DNA of 64,000 nt from a phage. This document shows, in pieces, positions 17,807-27,526 of this stretch (its first letter is position 1; each line of letters begins with the position of its first letter). Location of the stretch: sequence record PQ327946.1; one strand, written 5' to 3'. Position numbers and translations under genes: made by a program. A model generated the notes under the pieces. It was not told where the DNA came from and did no database searches. It saw only the letters and a list, made by a program, of their open reading frames with translations.

Positions 17807-17836
17807 ATTATACTCCAACCATCCTTGGTTGTAAAC
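17807..17836 (-). promoter_or_regulatory. Early promoter cassette GTTTAC-AACCAAGGATGGTTGGAG-TATAAT (repeat copy 1 of 3)
   Basis: + strand attatactccaaccatccttggttgtaaac. Confidence 0.5.
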
Positions 17837-17841
17837 TGGTT

Positions 17842-18519
17842 TTATCGCTGTTTTACACTTAACGGATCAGGATTCTCAGGGACATCTTCAAGGCCAAGCG
17901 CATAACGCTGGGCATATTTTAACATCAAAATATCTTTAGCACAATCATGAATACTATCATGGGCAACGAATCCTTTTAGCGTACCCATTGGTAATGGACA
18001 CATACTTAATCCTCGTGTCAACGAGTAAGCTTCGATTGCCGTACGAATATCGCGTTGAGCCCAGAATTTAACCGGTTCTAATTTATCAGTATCAATCTCT
18101 GGTTCAGGAACACCTTCATCACGATAGAGGTCACGAATCAAATCGACCAATATCGGGAAGTCAAAGCTCATACCACGGCACCACATCTGTGATTTCCATT
18201 GGTCGACTTTATTAGCTCGGCAATAATCTAAAAAGATTTTAATGCCTTCAAGCGTAGTGACATCGTCTTCAGACGGAGCCAAGTTTTTACGCGCTTCAGC
18301 CGATTGTTCTTTCCACCATTTCATAGTGGATTTAGCGAAAACTCGCTTCCCTTTCTGAGAAGCTAAATTAAATTTAATTCGTTTACCTCGTTGAACAAGT
18401 TCTTCAAATGATTCAACAACTTCAGGGTCGGAATTATATGCAATAACCGCAAGGTCAATAACAGCTGCTTTTGATGTATTGCCGAATGTTTCAAAATCTA
18501 TAATAACATCAGTGCTCAT
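17842..18519 (-). CDS. dexA: Exonuclease A DexA (DEDD 3'-5' exonuclease)
   Basis: 225 aa; N-terminal IIDFETFG exonuclease motif; upstream of dda as in T4. Confidence 0.7.
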   Translation of the reverse strand: MSTDVIIDFETFGNTSKAAVIDLAVIAYNSDPEVVESFEELVQRGKRIKFNLASQKGKRVFAKSTMKWWKEQSAEARKNLAPSEDDVTTLEGIKIFLDYCRANKVDQWKSQMWCRGMSFDFPILVDLIRDLYRDEGVPEPEIDTDKLEPVKFWAQRDIRTAIEAYSLTRGLSMCPLPMGTLKGFVAHDSIHDCAKDILMLKYAQRYALGLEDVPENPDPLSVKQR

Positions 18520-18528
18520 AATTTTCTC

Positions 18529-19842
18529 TCAAATAAAATGGACGTCAAAACGACCACGAGTTGTGCCGACATACAATAACTGTTTAGCTAATTCTGAATC
18601 AGCGTAATGGATACACGGTGTATAAACAAAGGCCGTGTCAACAGACATACCCTGGGCCTTATGGAAGGTTGATACTGGTAGTGCCTTCACCTTAGTGAAC
18701 ATACGTTTAGCATCCCAGAATTCGCTCCATGGGGCTTTACCACCTTTATTCCAAAATTTGTATGTTTCTGCGGTCTTAGCCAAAAACAAATTGAATTTAT
18801 AAAGCTCTTCTTCAGAAGAAATAACCTTTATATCTTCGCGGATGTATTCTTCATCATCCCCATATGTTTCTACTGTAAGATTCCAGTATCGTATCATATA
18901 TTCGCCTGAAACACCACGTGCTTTAACGAATGTAGACGTTTCTACAGCATCTCGAATACGAACGAATTGACCATTATTAAAAAGCATTTCGGTAATATTT
19001 TTACCATCTAGCTTATATGTCTTAGTAAATGGCTCCTGTAGAACAATGACTTCGTCTTTAATAAATGGTTTTTCTGTTTCAAGAAGTTTTCGGCGAATAA
19101 TTGAATTTAACTTGTCCACCGACTTATTTGTGAATGCCATCATTCGATTTTCGAAAAGGTCTTCAGGAGTTTTAACAACGTTAAAATAGTTCATCATATA
19201 CGATTTAAGGTCTGTATATCCGTGAACACCGTGCCCATCAACTACTTTATCGTAGATCCATTTGCCGTTACGAATATCAGTCGCAACATCAATAATTGGT
19301 GCATTGCTACGTTTAACTTCTGTAAGGTTGCATTGCACGAAGTCTTTGTGAGTGAAGAAAGGACTTAGATACGCAGTTGATTCGCCTGGGTCTACCGGAC
19401 GAATCTGGCATCTGTCGCCGATTCCAATTACTGTACACCATTTAGGGATACTAGCTAACATTATTTTAAACAGAGAACGGTCGCACATTGACGCTTCATC
19501 AAATAGCAGTACACGGCACAAGGCTAAGTCGGGAACCTTTTTCTGTTCAAACAATACGTTTTCTTCGTATGTAGTTGGGTTGATTTTAAGAATGCTATGA
19601 ATAGTCGATGCTTCTTGACCAGCGAGTTTGCTTAGAACCTTTTTAGCAGCATGTGTAGGGGCTGCTAAAATAATACCTGATTCTCCAGAAGAAATAAGGG
19701 CTTCAACGATGAATCTAGTAAGGGTTGTTTTACCTGTACCAGCAGGCCCATTAATAGTTACGTGATGTTTCTTTTCTTTAATAGCGTTCATAACAACGTT
19801 GAAGGCGTTTTTCTGGCCTTCAGTCAAATCATCAAATGTCAT
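18529..19842 (-). CDS. dda: Dda DNA helicase (SF1)
   Basis: 437 aa; Walker A INGPAGTGKTTL, Walker B LLFDEASM; size matches T4 Dda. Confidence 0.85.
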   Translation of the reverse strand: MTFDDLTEGQKNAFNVVMNAIKEKKHHVTINGPAGTGKTTLTRFIVEALISSGESGIILAAPTHAAKKVLSKLAGQEASTIHSILKINPTTYEENVLFEQKKVPDLALCRVLLFDEASMCDRSLFKIMLASIPKWCTVIGIGDRCQIRPVDPGESTAYLSPFFTHKDFVQCNLTEVKRSNAPIIDVATDIRNGKWIYDKVVDGHGVHGYTDLKSYMMNYFNVVKTPEDLFENRMMAFTNKSVDKLNSIIRRKLLETEKPFIKDEVIVLQEPFTKTYKLDGKNITEMLFNNGQFVRIRDAVETSTFVKARGVSGEYMIRYWNLTVETYGDDEEYIREDIKVISSEEELYKFNLFLAKTAETYKFWNKGGKAPWSEFWDAKRMFTKVKALPVSTFHKAQGMSVDTAFVYTPCIHYADSELAKQLLYVGTTRGRFDVHFI

Positions 19843-20150
19843 CGTAAAGTCCCTGCAATTGGAATACTAACAATACGGCCTGTATCCAGGATTCGTTGAT
19901 ACAATTTTTGCGTCTCCGCATCTAGTTTAATGCGTTTCATTTCAAGCTTATTAAACCAGAACTTACGCGGAGTTTCGACCATTCTTAGAACTCCCATTTT
20001 TAAATCTGTTTTATACTGTGTTTTCAAAGTATCGAAAACTTTATCTGCAATATCCTTTCTAAAAAATACTGCAGGACGATGCTCATCAAGTGGAACTGGG
20101 ACAGTAAATCCTTCCATATCTCGATAAACTATTGCATATACATAAACCAT
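19839..20150 (-). CDS. Hypothetical protein dda.1-like (103 aa)
   Basis: ORF overlapping the dda start by 4 nt. Confidence 0.5.
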   Translation of the reverse strand: MVYVYAIVYRDMEGFTVPVPLDEHRPAVFFRKDIADKVFDTLKTQYKTDLKMGVLRMVETPRKFWFNKLEMKRIKLDAETQKLYQRILDTGRIVSIPIAGTLR

Positions 20151-20152
20151 AA

Positions 20153-20899
20153 TTAACCTTTAATCAGTTGGAATAATGATGCGCTAAGTGGTAAGCCACG
20201 TTTCAATTTTAATTTACCAATGAAACCAATCTTTTCAAAACGTTGCAGACCTTTGATAACTTTATCATATGTATCGAAAAGCGATTCAGCGTCAGTTAAT
20301 TTAGTTTTAGTTTTCCAGTCAGAGCCTTTAAGAAGAACGTTGAGTTTAGTAAGTTCATGGCCTTCTGCTTGATGCGAGCCATTAATGCGTGCTTTCAAAG
20401 CAACAATTTTAAGTTTAGATTCGTTAGATAAAGGTTGATTTTTCATCATGTTCGCCATATGCTTAACACGATTTTCACGTTTTGCTCGGATTTTTAAAAT
20501 AGTACCATAAACCTTTTTAATTTGGGCCCATTTCTTCTCGTCGAGATTAAGTTTCTCTACTTTACGAGCAGAAGGATTAGCGATACGTCTTGCAATGGCA
20601 TCACGTTTCTCAATAAGTTCTTCTAATGTTAAATCAGAACGAGCTGTGTTATATTTTTTCTTAACTGGGATAACATTACCTTTAATGTAGCCGATATCGT
20701 TATTAAAACGTTCTAAGGATAATTTCTCACCTTCAATAGAGTTATTGAAAGATTCACCTGAGTAAGCGCAGACCTTTTGATCAAGAATGTTTTTAAGGTA
20801 ATTAAAGTCTAAGTTAAAATCCTTAGAGCGTCTCTTCGCAGAAGCTCTGGTGTGGTCAAGACGACGATTGATTTTGTTAATTTTATTATTTGATAACAT
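20153..20899 (-). CDS. Basic protein, possibly Srd-like
   Basis: 248 aa Lys/Arg-rich ORF between dda and modA, where T4 carries srd; positional only. Confidence 0.35.
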   Translation of the reverse strand: MLSNNKINKINRRLDHTRASAKRRSKDFNLDFNYLKNILDQKVCAYSGESFNNSIEGEKLSLERFNNDIGYIKGNVIPVKKKYNTARSDLTLEELIEKRDAIARRIANPSARKVEKLNLDEKKWAQIKKVYGTILKIRAKRENRVKHMANMMKNQPLSNESKLKIVALKARINGSHQAEGHELTKLNVLLKGSDWKTKTKLTDAESLFDTYDKVIKGLQRFEKIGFIGKLKLKRGLPLSASLFQLIKG

Positions 20900-21052
20900 A
20901 ATATTTTCCTCTGTCTTACGGACGTTAGGTCATTTAGCTGATATGTCCTATAATATCATGCCCTCAGGTAGTGTACACTCTTTTTTCGTAAAATGCTTTA
21001 ATTTTTTATGTGTTATAATGGTTCTGAGTTCCATCCGGTTATTCCAATCCAG

Positions 21053-21661
21053 TCAGTAACCGACAATAGACAGATTCCAGATTGTATAACTTCCATCTTG
21101 AATAATAGAATCTACACGCAGTGTAGTCCCTATAGGGAGCATAAATTCACATTCGTCAGATATAAGTCTAGCATTAGACCGTCTTGTCGCTTCAGGGAAA
21201 GCTCCATTGAACTCACAAGATGGCGCAGCCAGAATCATGTTAAGCATATGTTCACGGAAGTTGAAAGCAAATGGTGCATCTTTGATGCAGAACATATTAA
21301 ATGTTCCGTAAAAATTATACGAAGCGAAGTTACGTGCTACACTGAACACTGGGCTGAAGCTCATTACTCTGTCAAATTTAATAATACTACCAACGCCTTT
21401 ATCATCGAGTGTGGCCATAGTTTTCTTAGAGATTCCACGATACATTGTCTCAGGAACAGAAGACGTCCAATTTCTACGAACAATTGCACTTAAATCTTGT
21501 TGGATGCTATCAGGCTTGTTTTCCATACACTGCCACAGTACACTTTGTTCAATGTCGCTGAATTGCTCATCGATTTTGTACTGAAGTTCATCCTGATAGT
21601 CTGGGCATTGAGCACGACGAACCATTTCTTCAATTTCACATTCATTATACGGCATAAACAT
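21053..21661 (-). CDS. modA: ADP-ribosyltransferase ModA/ModB-like
   Basis: 202 aa; R-S-ExE triad (YRGIS, MSFSP, ECEFMLP) typical of ART toxins and T4 ModA/ModB. Confidence 0.65.
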   Translation of the reverse strand: MFMPYNECEIEEMVRRAQCPDYQDELQYKIDEQFSDIEQSVLWQCMENKPDSIQQDLSAIVRRNWTSSVPETMYRGISKKTMATLDDKGVGSIIKFDRVMSFSPVFSVARNFASYNFYGTFNMFCIKDAPFAFNFREHMLNMILAAPSCEFNGAFPEATRRSNARLISDECEFMLPIGTTLRVDSIIQDGSYTIWNLSIVGY

Positions 21662-22189
21662 TTAGGTTTCTCCTGTGGTTGATAAAAGTATAGTATCATC
21701 GTCAGTAGAGTTTGTACACTAAAAATTCAACATTTTTAAATGAATGATTTTGTTAGGTATTCGCGTTCTTGAAGTTCAGATTGACATGTCATGATAGACC
21801 TCCATTTAAAGATAAGCCTATCATAACACGAGAGGAGGGAATGTAAACTACTTTTTAAGCTTTCCTACTAAAGGACCATCAGGGCCAGGTTGTTCTAACA
21901 TGAATAAGGATGCTTTAAAAAGCAATGTCAACCCTTTCACCATTCGATACCATGTCTCAAAGTCTTTTTCCTTGATTTCTAGTAAGAATTTCTCTTTAAA
22001 TTTCTCTTTCATTTCCAAGGACTCCATGGTGGAGGGTCGTCATAATAAGAGGCAAGGTCTTTCAGGGCTTCAACAGGTAAACTAAAGCCATGTCGTTGTA
22101 TAATACTATCTAGTTCATCAACAAGTTCACTACGATGCACTTTAGGAGCCTCAACTTCAGGCTCATCAAACATACTCATCAAGTCCATA

Positions 22190-22654
22190 TTATTCACCGA
22201 GATAAAAACTAACAGGTTCAGAGAATGTTTCTAGTGCTACACCTTTTGTCTTAAAAAATTTCCAAATAGCTCGTTGCAAATGGGTTAAATCTGCTAATGA
22301 TGTAATAAAGTATTTTTTAGCAAAATACTTATGGTCTCGCTTTTCAAACAGGTCTAAACGCTTTTCAGGATTCACATAAACTGCATTTTCCGTAGATTCA
22401 TAACCTAAGTCCTTTATGCCTTCTTCAAGACTAAACGGAGAATTTTTAGAATGAGTAATAGCTCCAACTCGCTCTACACGAATTTTGTAACCTTTAGGAA
22501 TCTGCAATTTGCAGAATTCTTCTACGATATATTGCGGATTATTTAGACTTTTGTTAATGAGAATAGCTATTTCTAGTGGAGTCTTATCTTCTACTGGTAT
22601 ATGTTTAAACGACTTGGCTTCAAGCAAATACATTTTAAATAACATAGCATCCAT
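22190..22654 (-). CDS. Hypothetical protein (154 aa)
   Basis: ORF. Confidence 0.5.
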   Translation of the reverse strand: MDAMLFKMYLLEAKSFKHIPVEDKTPLEIAILINKSLNNPQYIVEEFCKLQIPKGYKIRVERVGAITHSKNSPFSLEEGIKDLGYESTENAVYVNPEKRLDLFEKRDHKYFAKKYFITSLADLTHLQRAIWKFFKTKGVALETFSEPVSFYLGE

Positions 22655-22860
22655 TATAATTTCCTCGATGGTTCACCCATATAAAGTTTTACAATACGTT
22701 CGCCTTCATCTTCGATGAGCTTCTCTTCGTGTTTCTGGAATTCTTTAGCCATATTCTCTTCAAGAACATCCAGCCAATCTTCTGGACCGACACCATCGTC
22801 CCAGCTTTTAAACCATTTAACTATCTTGTTCATTCGCAGCTCCCTGAGCTTGAACCACAA
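22654..22860 (-). CDS. Hypothetical protein (68 aa)
   Basis: ORF. Confidence 0.4.
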   Translation of the reverse strand: MWFKLRELRMNKIVKWFKSWDDGVGPEDWLDVLEENMAKEFQKHEEKLIEDEGERIVKLYMGEPSRKL

Positions 22861-23153
22861 TCAGAATAACTTGACCCGGAATCACCAGGCCAAGACGATA
22901 CGTATGAATGATTATAATCGGAAGAGCTTGAAGCATTAACCTGTTTTGTTTTTGGACGAACAACTTCTTCCATCATTCCGTCACCGATATATTCCCAACT
23001 TTTTTCGTGTGTATCAGGAATCGGCATCATACCTTCGCCTGGTTTAACAGCAAACAACTTCTTCAGCATCGTAAGCATTAATTGTTCCTCGAACAAAACG
23101 AACACCACCGTCATCCCAACGGATTTCGGCATTAAATTTGACGTCTTCACCAT
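22830..23153 (-). CDS. Hypothetical Ser/Gly-rich protein (107 aa), doubtful
   Basis: Weak RBS; low-complexity C-terminus; overlaps 23044-23271 in another frame. Confidence 0.25.
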   Translation of the reverse strand: MVKTSNLMPKSVGMTVVFVLFEEQLMLTMLKKLFAVKPGEGMMPIPDTHEKSWEYIGDGMMEEVVRPKTKQVNASSSSDYNHSYVSSWPGDSGSSYSDCGSSSGSCE

Positions 23154-23271
23154 CCATCATGAACGAGTGTACGACTACGTCATCATAATATCCAAGGCCG
23201 TATTTCAACGAAACTTCTTGAGCAATCAAAGCACCTAATGTGTTATTAGGTTTAATCCAACGATTTAACAT
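23044..23271 (-). CDS. Hypothetical protein (about 75 aa)
   Basis: Internal ATG (MLNRW) preceded by AGAGGAG RBS; promoter-like gtaaac just upstream. Confidence 0.4.
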   Translation of the reverse strand: MLNRWIKPNNTLGALIAQEVSLKYGLGYYDDVVVHSFMMDGEDVKFNAEIRWDDGGVRFVRGTINAYDAEEVVCC

Positions 23272-23335
23272 ATTGTTCTCCTCTTGAGTAAGTAAGAATA
23301 TCTTAACACAGTTTTTAGTGGTTGTAAACTGTAGA

Positions 23336-23363
23336 AACAAAAAAGGAATCCCGAAGGATTCCT
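23336..23363 (-). terminator. Terminator hairpin (AAGGAAUCC-UUCG-GGAUUCCUU + U tract) after soc
   Basis: + strand aaaaaggaatcccgaaggattcctt. Confidence 0.6.
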
Positions 23364-23371
23364 TAAATTAT

Positions 23372-23608
23372 TTAACCGCTTACTGGTGTAGGCGTGAACA
23401 TTGCTGCGTTCTTGGTCTTCCAGTCAGCAGCATCAGTTACTACCGTTGTATAAGCAGCTTTTTCAGACGGGAAAGTCTGATAATGAGAATCTGCAATCCG
23501 ATGTTCGTTTGAATAAATCTCAAACGGTACAGAAACTTCCATACCTTTAACTTCTTTGCCTTCACCTGCAGGATGCGTAAAGGTTTTGATGTTTACATAA
23601 CCACCCAT
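23372..23608 (-). CDS. soc: Small outer capsid protein Soc
   Basis: 78 aa; GYVNIKTF..HYQTFPSEKAAYTTV matches T4 Soc. Confidence 0.85.
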   Translation of the reverse strand: MGGYVNIKTFTHPAGEGKEVKGMEVSVPFEIYSNEHRIADSHYQTFPSEKAAYTTVVTDAADWKTKNAAMFTPTPVSG

Positions 23609-23642
23609 AATTAACTCCTTTGTTGTTTAATTACAGGTGTAT

Positions 23643-23650
23643 TTATAACT
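23643..23650 (-). promoter_or_regulatory. Late promoter TATAAATA for soc
   Basis: + strand tatttata about 35 nt upstream of the soc ATG. Confidence 0.5.
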
Positions 23651-23653
23651 TAA

Positions 23654-24175
23654 TTAGTAACCATTATCCTGGCGTTCAAAGTTGTGTTGGTTTTTCAGGT
23701 AATACAGTTTGAAGATTTCTTCAGCAGAAAGTCCTAGACCTTGGAACATATTTAGAACGAAATGCAGAATATCAATCATCTCGAATTTAATTTCAAGCTG
23801 GTCTTCAGGAGACAGTTCATCGATACGACGATTTCGATATTCAGCATGCTGGGCCTTCCACGGCTTCCATACAGAGCTAGCGGCCTTTTCACCATTGCTC
23901 ATACCACCAAGTGAAGTCAGCAGTTCACGGAATTCATCATCAATATAATCTTTCTGATTACGCAGCCAATCAACAACATCACCAGCAGTAGCCAATTCAT
24001 CAGGATGTTTGTTATGTTCAGGCTTGTCATTTGCCAGACGAACCTGTAAAGATTTCTGCATATCAAGCATTACCTGCAGAGGGTCTTTATCTTCGTGAAT
24101 CAGAGCATTAAAATAAGCTTCTTCTGCTTTATCAACACCAGAAATAAGTTGTGAGCATTCGTTAAAGTGCGCCAT
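23654..24175 (-). CDS. 56: dCTP pyrophosphatase gp56 (MazG-like)
   Basis: Start set at MAHFNECSQL to match the T4 gp56 N-terminus; MazG-like core ..ELATAGDVVDW.. Confidence 0.75.
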   Translation of the reverse strand: MAHFNECSQLISGVDKAEEAYFNALIHEDKDPLQVMLDMQKSLQVRLANDKPEHNKHPDELATAGDVVDWLRNQKDYIDDEFRELLTSLGGMSNGEKAASSVWKPWKAQHAEYRNRRIDELSPEDQLEIKFEMIDILHFVLNMFQGLGLSAEEIFKLYYLKNQHNFERQDNGY

Positions 24176-24265
24176 TATTTTTCCTTTCAATTCAGTATAA
24201 GAGAAGTTAATTCTAACATTAATTTTATAAAGCGTAATAAATAATAAGGTAACTAAGGAGATATT

Positions 24266-24463
24266 ATGTTTAAACTTCCATCGTTAATCAACGCTATTAA
24301 AGGCAATAAAAAGAAAACTGCTATCGCTGCAATAGTTGTAGGTGGCATTATTTCATGGAACTTCGGTATTGCGCCATTGTTAGTTGCCCATGGTGTTATG
24401 GTTCCTTCTGTTCCATTAGATACTGTAGTTGATTTGGCCTTTGCTATTATAGGGCTTGTTTAA
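24266..24463 (+). CDS. Small membrane protein (65 aa) on the opposite strand
   Basis: RBS AAGGAGATATT then ATG; hydrophobic segments; convergent with gene 61. Confidence 0.45.
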   Translation: MFKLPSLINAIKGNKKKTAIAAIVVGGIISWNFGIAPLLVAHGVMVPSVPLDTVVDLAFAIIGLV

Positions 24464-25482
24464 ATCTTAGAATAACGAGATAATCTCATTTTAGCATGCA
24501 ACCCACTTGAAATATTCTGTTTCATATATTCTAAAATTTCTTGTGGTGTTGCATTTTCTTTCATTACCATATCATTCACATCCTTTGATCTCCATGGAGC
24601 TCGGTCCCAGAACATGACACGTTCGCCTGCATCTACTAATCGCTTCATACGAGCTATAGTATCCGGATGCCTAGGTTCATTATCCATCACCCATACCCGA
24701 CGTTCTTTAAATGGTACCACATCTAAATCTATTGAGCCGCCTGTAATAGCGATTGCATTGGGTATGAATAAACTATCAATAGGGCCTTCCATTACCCAGA
24801 CGTCTCCTTCCTTAACACGTTCAACACCATAAATTTTTGTTGCAGACTCAAACGCTTTAATAGTGATATATTTCTGAGGAGCATCTTTACGAAGTGCACG
24901 TCCTTGGAATGACTCGGCCTTCCCGTCTTTATTAAAAATAGGAATCACTAAACGTGGTTCTGGAATCTCTTTCTTATACGTACCAGGTTGAATCTTGTTG
25001 ACCAATTTGGGCCATTCTAATGTGAACCATAATCTGTTCCATGATTCTTTAGGAATGCATCGAGACTTAACATATTTCACAATAGGATGCTCTTCAGGCA
25101 GCTTGTCCAGACGAGAACAAGACGGCAAAGAATTTATAGTCTTTTTCTCCGGTTCTGGTTTATGTTCAGGAACCTTTTCAATCTTTGGTTCCATTCTAGC
25201 TTTTTCTTTACGAACTTCCATTAGATATTCGCGGTAAAGCTCTTCATCATACTCTTTTAAGTATCCGGAAATCGTATTATGATATTGACAGTTATAGCAA
25301 TGCACATTACCTGGAGTACCGCCATAATACCAACCGCGAGCTTTCATTGCATCTGTCTGGGAGTCGCCACAAACTGGACAACGAAATGTTAATTTAAATG
25401 TGCTTGAATTATTGATTTGTCTAAAACGAGGTAGGTGAGAAAACGCACGATAAGCAAATTCATTATCTATCCATTCAGCCAT
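24460..25482 (-). CDS. 61: DNA primase gp61
   Basis: 340 aa; N-terminal zinc ribbon CPVCGDS..CYNC; Toprim-like region; size matches T4 gp61. Confidence 0.85.
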   Translation of the reverse strand: MAEWIDNEFAYRAFSHLPRFRQINNSSTFKLTFRCPVCGDSQTDAMKARGWYYGGTPGNVHCYNCQYHNTISGYLKEYDEELYREYLMEVRKEKARMEPKIEKVPEHKPEPEKKTINSLPSCSRLDKLPEEHPIVKYVKSRCIPKESWNRLWFTLEWPKLVNKIQPGTYKKEIPEPRLVIPIFNKDGKAESFQGRALRKDAPQKYITIKAFESATKIYGVERVKEGDVWVMEGPIDSLFIPNAIAITGGSIDLDVVPFKERRVWVMDNEPRHPDTIARMKRLVDAGERVMFWDRAPWRSKDVNDMVMKENATPQEILEYMKQNISSGLHAKMRLSRYSKI

Positions 25483-25521
25483 AGTATTCTCCAGAGGCCT
25501 TAAATTAATAAGGCCATCATA

Positions 25522-26016
25522 TCACAACTTATTAATATTTACTTTAATTCGCTTTCTTTTCTTGGAAGGAATTTGTTCTGGACCTTTATTTACGACTGCA
25601 CCTGTAGTTGTTCCTGATGCAATAGCTTGAGGACTACCGCCTGAATCACCAGCAACCATATCCTCAAATAAAGGGAGTTCTTTAAATATTTCTTTCTGTT
25701 GTTCTTCTGTAATGTTATAGCGTGAAGCTACAGCACTCCAGGCAGACATCATTGAGGCCATTCCATTAAGACCTGGAACAGTGCTCATCATTCGCTTCAT
25801 TGAACGAACTGAAGCATGAAAAGGTGTATACGCAGCTTTCTCTTCGGGAGTAGAAGGACGTTTAAGAACACTTCCACGTTCATCGATGATTTTGGCTTCG
25901 TATGCTTTCCATTCGGTAAAAGGTTTTTGCATTAGTCGAATAAACTTATATGCATAAACAGAATCTATTGCAGTGTTAATAATACCCATAGGTACCTCCT
26001 GAGTATATTTAATCAA
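25522..26016 (-). CDS. Hypothetical protein 61.1-like (164 aa)
   Basis: ORF. Confidence 0.5.
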   Translation of the reverse strand: MIKYTQEVPMGIINTAIDSVYAYKFIRLMQKPFTEWKAYEAKIIDERGSVLKRPSTPEEKAAYTPFHASVRSMKRMMSTVPGLNGMASMMSAWSAVASRYNITEEQQKEIFKELPLFEDMVAGDSGGSPQAIASGTTTGAVVNKGPEQIPSKKRKRIKVNINKL

Positions 26017-26206
26017 TTACAAAGATTGCTTTGTCACCATTTATATCTGTGACTTCATATGTAGTGCCTTCATACTGTGGAATATTCCAAATTACACCAT
26101 CATTAGCTTTTACGCTAATATGGTATTGGTGTTTTGAAACAACTTCATAATCTTCAAAACTTGTAAAAACACTAATTTTAGAACCAGTGCAAATTGCAGT
26201 AGTCAT
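26009..26206 (-). CDS. Hypothetical protein (65 aa)
   Basis: ORF. Confidence 0.4.
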   Translation of the reverse strand: MTTAICTGSKISVFTSFEDYEVVSKHQYHISVKANDGVIWNIPQYEGTTYEVTDINGDKAIFVID

Positions 26207-26207
26207 T

Positions 26208-26867
26208 TTAACCTCGATTCATAAATGCATTAAATATTTGGTCATCAACAGAAATTTCTAATTCGACTTCAATTGTTTCAGCCTTTTCTTCAGGCGGTAA
26301 TTCGTATCCACACACTACAATTTTTTCATCGATATCAAAATATACAGAAGCAATACGATTAATGTTACTTTCAGTTAAGTCTAAATCAACATCAACATCT
26401 TTTTGACCTACACTTAAAGGATAACTAATACGGGTTATTTTATTATCTTTAACAAAGAGTCCACCAACATACTCTGTACTACGTTTGAAGTTTACACGTT
26501 TCCGAATTGAAAGATACGATACATCTTTACCGTGAGCTCGGCTCATAGGACATAATGAATAGCTAGAATAAGAGATGTCAAATCCTACACCTTCAATATG
26601 AGCCAACGCGTCGTGATTAAACCAATTATAATCATATGCCAAATCCATTATATTGTAATATGTGAAAGGCACCGGATTAACATCATACGTTGTACCTTTA
26701 AAATCTGCCCAGGCAACGATTTCGTTATCTTTAACAATTACAAAAATTACACCAATATGGTATCCGTTATTATTTTCATTCGGCGTTATATTATAACATT
26801 GTGCATTAGGAAATTTACCATATTTAAATGGCGCGTTTTTGTGCATGTAATAAATCATATTATTCAC
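26208..26867 (-). CDS. Hypothetical protein (219 aa)
   Basis: ORF. Confidence 0.5.
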   Translation of the reverse strand: MNNMIYYMHKNAPFKYGKFPNAQCYNITPNENNNGYHIGVIFVIVKDNEIVAWADFKGTTYDVNPVPFTYYNIMDLAYDYNWFNHDALAHIEGVGFDISYSSYSLCPMSRAHGKDVSYLSIRKRVNFKRSTEYVGGLFVKDNKITRISYPLSVGQKDVDVDLDLTESNINRIASVYFDIDEKIVVCGYELPPEEKAETIEVELEISVDDQIFNAFMNRG

Positions 26868-27153
26868 CTGTGATTTCGGTTACGATATCTTTGTTATCGA
26901 AATTAGGGTCACAATACAAAACATAGTTGTACTGCATGATACCGCCAGACTTAAGTTGTCCAACAACTTTATTAACCATATTAGGACGGTCTCGTTTAGT
27001 GATGTTCATGATATCAGAGAAGATTTGTTGTTCAACATCTTCTTGATTTGCAGTCATTGACCACTCACAGAGGTCTTTATCATAACCTGCTGTAACTGGA
27101 GCTGGTGCACATGATACTGCAAGTAAGATTGCTGCCAATGATAACTTTTTCAT
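26860..27153 (-). CDS. sp: Spackle-like periplasmic protein (signal peptide)
   Basis: 97 aa with N-terminal signal peptide MKKLSLAAILLAVSCAPAP; same length and genomic position as T4 Sp (61.3). Confidence 0.55.
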   Translation of the reverse strand: MKKLSLAAILLAVSCAPAPVTAGYDKDLCEWSMTANQEDVEQQIFSDIMNITKRDRPNMVNKVVGQLKSGGIMQYNYVLYCDPNFDNKDIVTEITGE

Positions 27154-27164
27154 TTTAACTCCTT

Positions 27165-27210
27165 AGTTGATTTGATAGGACTACTATACTATAGTCCATC
27201 TATAATGTAA
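27165..27210 (-). promoter_or_regulatory. Early promoter cassette (gataggactactatactatagtcc + gtaaac)
   Basis: Third copy of the TAGGACTA dyad promoter family. Confidence 0.4.
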
Positions 27211-27216
27211 ACAAGT

Positions 27217-27465
27217 TTATTCTTTTTCGCGAATAATAATTACTTGTTGAGGCTGCTGAGCAGATTTCTTTTCGGCAACGATAGACCAAATTAAAGTTCC
27301 AATCCAACCAACCATCGTCCAGTTAAAGAGTAAAGATACAAAGAAGATTGCTGTTGTGCTTTTTGTGCCACGAATAAGTGCGATTACCCAAGGCAACATG
27401 TAAATGATGATTGAACCAATACCTGCGATTAAAACTGCTACTGAACTAGCTACGAATAATTCCAT
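27217..27465 (-). CDS. Small integral membrane protein (82 aa)
   Basis: Two predicted hydrophobic helices. Confidence 0.5.
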   Translation of the reverse strand: MELFVASSVAVLIAGIGSIIIYMLPWVIALIRGTKSTTAIFFVSLLFNWTMVGWIGTLIWSIVAEKKSAQQPQQVIIIREKE

Positions 27466-27526
27466 GTTAATTTCCTCTTAATTTGTTATGTTTATAATAT
27501 CTTGTTTTAACTTTGGTGTAAACCAA

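Noticed and set aside
22009-22197. 62-aa minus-strand ORF between modA and the 154-aa ORF
   Set aside because: Very small, no motif, weak start context; cannot be told apart from a chance ORF.
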